Assembly (NCBI RefSeq): GCF_000143415.4 | Contig: NW_003314463.1 | Location: 11,885-26,786, forward strand | From: Selaginella moellendorffii | Lineage: Eukaryota > Plantae > Lycopodiophyta | Length of the DNA: 14,902 nucleotides | Reading direction: 5' to 3' | In this document: piece after piece, positions 9,512-14,902 of the stretch | How positions within the stretch are numbered: the first letter of the stretch is position 1 | Layout: each line of letters opens with the position of its first letter | The notes under the pieces: model-generated | What the model saw: the letters and a program-made list of their open reading frames with translations, nothing else | Told to the model about the DNA's origin: nothing | Databases searched by the model: none | Made by a program: the position numbers and the translations under genes

Positions 9512-10019
9512 GCCTATCCTCTAAGGAGGGTAGTCTCTCCAACTTAGAGATTGATTGGACCACATGTAATGGTTCTCTCCTTTTATTGGTTTAGTCCTCG
9601 CTAAATCTCTTAGAGACCCTTCTCTAAGTCAATCCCACTACTCCTTCTCGAGTAGTCTCGATTTCCATCGATATAACCTTTGCACTTTGGAACTTTGAAT
9701 TTTGACTTCTTGGAGTCAATTTCCTAGGTGTCTCCGACACCTTGCCTTGCACCTTTTTGTGCAACTCCACTTCCCATCCTAGGAAGTTCTCTACTCGAGG
9801 GCACCATCATCCTCTTTTCTATTTCGTGCCAAAGTTCCAGTTATCATACTTTGTGCTAGGGCTGTTCATGGCCCTATCATTTGGCTACCTTACCGCTCCC
9901 TCCCTTGGAGCTTCCACTTTCGCCAAATCGGAGCATTTCGGAATCCCTCCTTGGAAACACACTTCCTTTCCCGCAACTTGTTAGCGTCCAACACATTAGT
10001 GTTCCTCGCCTAACTTTGT

Positions 10020-10510
10020 CACTTGGATTCCTTCCAAGGGATTCCACGGCCCTATCTTGGCCACTCATCTTTTGCTCCTATCCGTTGATTGTTGCACCAA
10101 GCAACATCGAATCTCTACCTCCCTTCTTGAGGTATTGTTTCGGTTCCATAGCAAAGACTCTTCTTTGCCAAGTCCGGAGGATGTTCACCCCTAGTACGTC
10201 TCTTTAGCATCTTCTGCTATGGGCTCTATCCACGGCCCAACTTCGTGACCCTCCCATGGGTCTTTTATAGAGACTACTTTCCTCGGACTCACTATGCCAT
10301 CGCACGGACATAGTTTATTTCCCTTAGGTGCTCTTCCCACTTGGTCATCACGACCAAGCCACACCACCTTAAACAATTCAATTTCAACATTTTGAACCAG
10401 GAACTTCATTCCTTAGCCAACCAAGGACCTTGTCCTTATCTGGCCATAAGATCACCTAGTGATCTCACCTTGGCACCTTAACAGAGTTGCCAAGAGGTAC
10501 TTGGTCTTCT
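10020..10510 (-). other. Possible chromodomain remnants downstream of integrase (chromovirus ancestry)
   Basis: Weak fragments KYLL, KFLVQ...KVVWLG, PWEGHEVGPWIEP and PWNPLEGI resemble YLVKWKG...TWEP; the position after GPY/F fits. Too degenerate to be sure. Confidence 0.3.
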
Positions 10511-10541
10511 AGACCTCCAAGTTGTTGACTATAACCCCGGG

Positions 10542-10816
10542 GGCATCCCCCACACTTGGCGGTGCACCCAAGCCAGCCCTTACGGCCAAGGGTTCATAGC
10601 AACTGAGATTAGGTGTCCCCATCTCACTCACCACGACCTTGGTGCCACTTGCACCAAAGCGTTCAAGTTAGATATGCTAAGCTTTCACACTAAGCAATCT
10701 AACCGTGCATCACGACTCCGAGGCATCCCTCGCTTGGCGGTGTGCCCAAACCAGTCTCCCCACTGAGAGTCCATGACCACCGAAATATGAGTGTCCTCAT
10801 ATTCCAAACCATCACC
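10542..10816. repeat. Degenerate ~100-bp duplication with ~180-bp period
   Basis: GGCATCCCCCACACTTGGCGGTGCACCCAAGCCAG...GTGTCCCCAT (from 10542) versus GGCATCCCTCGCTTGGCGGTGTGCCCAAACCAG...GTGTCCTCAT (from 10722). Confidence 0.7.
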
Positions 10817-10821
10817 ACGCC

Positions 10822-10933
10822 CTAGTGATTTGGGACTCGAACCCAAGCACTAGAGGGTCGGGACTCGAACCCAACCTCCGTATATGCATCTACGGACGGC
10901 ATCACACAAGATGCCTAGCGTGACTCCCCACGC
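10822..10933 (-). ncRNA. Putative tRNA-like structured module: five abutting hairpins, two with a TTCGAGT T-loop
   Basis: Minus strand: GCGTG-gggagt-CACGC, GGCATC-ttgtgt-GATGCC, TCCGTA-gatgcata-TACGGA, GGTTGGG-ttcgagt-CCCGACC, CTAGTGcTTGGG-ttcgagt-CCCAAatCACTAG, with spacers of 0-2 nt. Confidence 0.5.
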
Positions 10934-10949
10934 CGGTGCACCAACTTAT

Positions 10950-12030
10950 TTTTAAAGCGCGCTACAGATCACAGCTTAGGAACCTAGTTCCTCCACATTG
11001 CCAAGTCCTCTCACTTGACATGTCTGTGATCATGCATGGACTCCTCCATGCTCGGCCCCATGGCCCACCCTTTTTGAAGTTATCACCTTCAACTAGGGTA
11101 TTTGTTCCCCCGACGTGCCAATCTCGCTTGGCAAGTCCTCCGACCACTGTAACATGGTTCCTGCATAAGCGTGAAAGTCCTTGACCATCGACTTTCGTTC
11201 AAAGCCCTCTCTTTGAACACTCGGGAACTACTTCCCTAACCTTGATAGCCTTGCCTCATGGCAAGCTTCAAGACCACGCTTCTGCTGCGCCACTCTGATT
11301 TCGCGCGTTCCATGAACCATTTACACTTGGCCTTTCTAGGTACTAAGCTACCTAGAATCGTCTTTGGGAACCTTGAAGGAACTCTGTCCCTCAGCTTGCT
11401 AAGGCCTCCCTTTTGCAAGCCTTCCAAATGCCACATAGTCTAACATGGACAATTCCATAACTTAGACTCTTCATGGCATCACGGTTGCTAGCGGCAACAC
11501 CCTCGAGCCCCCACTTGATTCTCCACTCCCAACTGGCATAACCAACCTTGGTTATGCCCTTCGATTTCTATGGTTCAGTTCCATCCCAATACTACTTGCC
11601 TTTGGCTTCACACCTTTCCTTCGGTCATTCTCCTCCAGATCAGGAGGATAGCTTTGCACTTTCTATCATGCCTTAGCAAGTATTCTTAGGGATGAACTTA
11701 CCCAATAGCCCAGGGAGTGGTTCCTCAATCCGGGTATGCTCACCTTATAATCCCACACACTGGGATTACATTGTTGCTTATGGGCCTTTACATGCCCAGC
11801 ACTAGCCTTGCCAAAATTCCATTTTTGGCTTTGTCCAACTCGGGTAGACAGTCCTCTCCTGTCTCCGCAACCTTGGACATTTGGATAGCACCTTCTATCT
11901 ATCATTCGCTAGGGACTTAGTCCCTTGGGCTTTATCCATTGCCCTCGCGACATCAAACACCACTTTCTGGTGTTCTAGAGTGTTCGGGTGTCCCAATGAT
12001 GGCTTTCTTGACAATGAGTATTTCCTTTTA
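10950..12030 (-). pseudogene. Heavily decayed, internally deleted Ty3/gypsy pol (RT C-terminal half, RNase H traces, integrase core and GPY/F region)
   Basis: Residual motifs in gypsy order on the minus strand: EILIV (~12010-12024, cf. DDILIYS), LEHQKVVFDV (11949-11978), K-EFWQ..GHV (~11790-11830), GY-KFIP (~11690-11710, cf. GYYRRFIP), WHLEG (~11420-11435), RFPKTILGSLVPR (~11335-11375, cf. GLPxxIVSDRDPRF), DGQ (11181-11189), QWSEDLP (~11130-11150), VEGD...AWRSPCMITDMSSERTW (~11000-11095, cf. RWxGPYxI). Confidence 0.7.
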
Positions 12031-13405
12031 TGACATTGACTTACTATATCGCAACACAAGCAACTTATCCCCCGTAAGGGTATATGCGACTTCCCTATGC
12101 TATTAAGAAGTCTTGGGTAGCTACCTTCTACCCGTTTAACTAGTTATTTTGCACCTCTTGCTTAGTTGCCTCATAGTTGTCAAGTCCTACAACTCATTGC
12201 TTGGTGCTTTCACACCTCCATCATTATCTGGGTCACCACACTCCAACTGCATGCTTTGCAGCTTAGGCTATGCCATTCCCATTTCCATTGGGATTCCTTT
12301 GGCAAGGGGTTCTCATGAACCCACCAACATAACCTCAAGGTATCACACCTTGGCACATTTGGTGTCTCCACACCATCGGCTCCACGAGCTTACCTCTATG
12401 ACACTTCTTCTTTGTGTCTAAGTCTTTGCCAAGACCAATACCACTCTTTCTCATGCCAACCATCTGTTAGCACTGCATCATAGAGGTCACACACAACTTT
12501 GTGTCAAAGTTGTTTTCTTTTTGGGAACACCTTTCCCACGACTTTAGCATGGCACATTTTGCCATCGATGAGATACCCTCTGTTCTCATCCTTGGATCCT
12601 ATAATCCCCCCCCCCATCCTTTGTAAGGTACAACACACCTTAGTCCAAATGCTTCCATCAGTCCTTTTAGGACCGTCCTTTGACTCTACTTGAGTCATCC
12701 AGCAGTTTTGGACTTGGTTAATCCACAGACCCGTAAGGTCCTACTTATGAGGCACTAGCTCACTGGAATACACTTCTTGCATTCCTGTCCCACTCAAAAG
12801 GACTATTTTCACAAGTGTTACTCTGACACTTGATTTTGTTCTCTGGGGGCAACCTTTGCCCCTTAGGACTACTTGTCCATGTGATGAGAATACCACTCAT
12901 CTCTAAGTACACCCCCCAACTCCTTGGGTTGTTCCAGCATTTATTAAAGGTAGCCCCGGCTACCATTTCAAGGACTTGAGTCCTCTTTCGTATTTGACCT
13001 CCCACGGTCATTACTTCTGGTCTCACATTCATGAGCACCAACCTCAACTATATGAGGATAATCTTATGACTCCTTTATTGTTTTGGAGTCTCTATCTTTC
13101 CCGTGATCCTAACTATAGTTGTTTACCACAACTACCTTAGCCAACTTGCTGAGACAAATGCTCATCCAGATCACATCCTCAACTCAATGAGGAAAACCTT
13201 GCACTGTTCCCAAGATCCCAAAGTCGTTCCATTATTGGCCCTTTTCTATCCACCACCTTGTCTACAAGTTCACACATGAACTGTAATGGAGAGCCATGTC
13301 TTCCTGACTTGCTACTCCTCAAGGATAGGCCCACTCCTCAGACCTTCCAATGCCAACACTAGTGGTGATATACTTGAGCACCAATAAAAGTCGGATTAAG
13401 GAACA

Positions 13406-13417
13406 GCTCCGATACCA
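13406..13417 (-). promoter_or_regulatory. Primer-binding site, initiator tRNA-Met type
   Basis: Minus strand TGGTATCGGAGC, 3 nt after the LTR end ...CTTACA. The canonical plant tRNAiMet PBS is TGGTATCAGAGC; the A>G change gives a G-U pair. Confidence 0.9.
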
Positions 13418-14298
13418 AATTGTAAGCGACTAATTTTTCCATTCTACTTTAGTCACTTAACCACACCTCCGACCACTTGGAGGAGTCTCATTCACAACCT
13501 CCATAAGTCCAATCCAGGACTTGGGATTTGCTAGCCCCGAGAATGGCATCCATGCCACTCAACATTTGCACTTGGTCCAAGTGCTCCACGTGTCCGATCC
13601 CATGACCGACACTCAAAAGTACCACCGATATGGCAGCCCGTTACGCTAAGGCCATGCCCAATCACCTTTGCCACACTGGTAGTCCATTACCACTTGCATC
13701 ACAGTCTTGGCTCTCCAGGACTAGGCAAACCCTCCGTGAGTGGTCATCTCAGATCCACTCCTTAGCATCCTTAGGATGCCCACCGACAAGGGGAATAGCT
13801 TTCCCCAATATCCCTCTATCAGTCCCCACTAAGTCCCTTTCTGCCCCTGGCCGTGTTTGCCAACACTGCCACTGGATCGAGACCCACAGGCCCGACCACT
13901 AAGTCCCATAGTCCTCTGGGACTTCCTCACCACACGACTGTGTCCTTGGTCACTACCCCAGAGGACTGCTCCTCTTCCTTTCCATAGTCTGGGCCTTTGG
14001 GACAACATTTCGGAACACCGTGGCCCTACGCGGGCCTCATGGGTACTCTCCCTGCCTTTCGCCTTTGGGTGCTCTAGCCATGGGGTTAGAGCGAGGTTCC
14101 GTTGAGCCACACCAGGTATCCAAGTAGGTAGTGCCACCCACACTTGGACTGGGAGCATCGGCCAGTTGATCTCCCGGGGGAACTAGAGCCGGCTCTTGAA
14201 CACTTCACCAAGCTACCCCGCTTGTCAGTCCGTGTTCACTCTAGTCTTGGACTTCCCAGTGGGCAGTTCCTCACCCAACACTGGGTCCGGCCTTCCTG

Positions 14299-14348
14299 GG
14301 CCAAACTGGCCTTTCCTGGCCAAACTGGCCTTTCCTGGCCAAACTGGC
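14299..14348. repeat. 19-bp tandem unit GGCCAAACTGGCCTTTCCT with one more copy than in the other two LTRs
   Basis: Three GGCCAAACTGGC here versus two at ~8062-8093 and ~6406-6436. Confidence 0.85.
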
Positions 14349-14438
14349 TCCACTGCAGTCCTCCCCCTTACTATACTTTTGGAGCTCACCAAACCCCCTA
14401 GGGTCTGGGAGACGAACGCTTTGGGCTTTCACCCTCTC

Positions 14439-14803
14439 AGACTCGGACTCGGACTCGGACTCGGACTTGGACTCGGGCTCGGTCTCGGCCTTGGCCCTTG
14501 TCTCGGTCTCGGTCCCGGTCTCGGTCTCGGTCTCGATCCCGGTCTCGGTCTCGGTCTCGGTCCCGGTCTCGGTCTCGACCTCGGACTCCATCTCGGGTCC
14601 TTCTCGGACTCCATCTCGGACTCCGTCTCGGTCCATCTCAGACTCCATCTCGGACTCCATCTCGGGTCCATCTCGGAATCCATCTCGGGTCCATCTCGGA
14701 CTCCGTCTCGGTCCATCTCGGACTCCGTCTCGGGTCCATCTTGGACTCCAATTCGGGTCCATCTCGGACTCCAACTCGGGTCCGCCTCGGACTCCATCTC
14801 GGA
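14439..14803 (-). repeat. LTR minisatellite, 5' LTR of B
   Basis: About 140 bp of GGACTC/GGTCTC hexamers, then ~220 bp of 12/11/10-bp units. Confidence 0.97.
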
Positions 14804-14902
14804 CACTTCCATGTGTCATGTGTTGGTCCTTTTTGGGTCCCTTTTTGGAGCCTTTCTTATTGGTTGTCTCGTGCTTGCTCCTCGAGCACTTTGTTGGGAG
14901 TG

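Larger units (their letters stand above)
7186..14902 (-). mobile_element. Non-autonomous (LARD-like) Ty3/gypsy LTR retrotransposon B, nested in LTR A; 5' end lies beyond the window
   Basis: Direct repeats starting TGTAAGCGAC at 7186 and 13421, TG...CA termini, PBS next to the right LTR, PPT next to the left LTR, and a 4144-bp internal region (9277-13420) with no long ORF but RT-then-IN motif order on the minus strand. Confidence 0.92.
13421..14902 (-). repeat. 5' LTR of element B (truncated by the window; predicted to end ~134 bp further right)
   Basis: Collinear with 7186-9142; 14881 aligns to 9121. Confidence 0.93.

Noticed and set aside
10822-10942. Genuine tRNA gene
   Set aside because: No canonical D-loop or A-box, no 7-nt anticodon loop and a poor acceptor stem; kept only as tRNA-like.
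12050-13405. gag/protease of element B
   Set aside because: Expected by position, but only weak hints (RLPPE, KVFP) are visible, so no domain call is supportable.

Overview
Land-plant nuclear DNA with no intact gene. Introns of 43-54 nt suggest a compact lycophyte such as Selaginella (inference). Left part (1-~5550): a decayed Ty3/gypsy gag-protease fragment, then a mosaic of intron-retaining, internally deleted host-gene fragments (class III peroxidase, F-box, FGAM synthase/PurL, two distant parts of a BIG-type ARF-GEF, unidentified exons). Right part (5560-14902): a nested pair of same-family LTR retrotransposons. A + strand LTR (5560-7185) is interrupted ~130 bp before its end by a minus-strand element: 3' LTR 7186-9276, PPT, 4.1-kb internal region, tRNAiMet PBS, and a 5' LTR from 13421 that runs off the window. 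The nesting creates a ~1.6-kb inverted repeat. Each LTR carries a hypervariable 11/12-bp + 6-bp minisatellite. Main observation: the internal region is a dead Ty3/gypsy pol, with RT and integrase motifs still traceable, that is tiled with short perfect stem-loops with purine-rich loops. In several places the changes that destroy conserved pol motifs are the ones that complete a stem. It looks like a non-autonomous retroelement whose former ORF became a structured non-coding RNA, including a tRNA-like five-hairpin module with two B-box/T-arm motifs.
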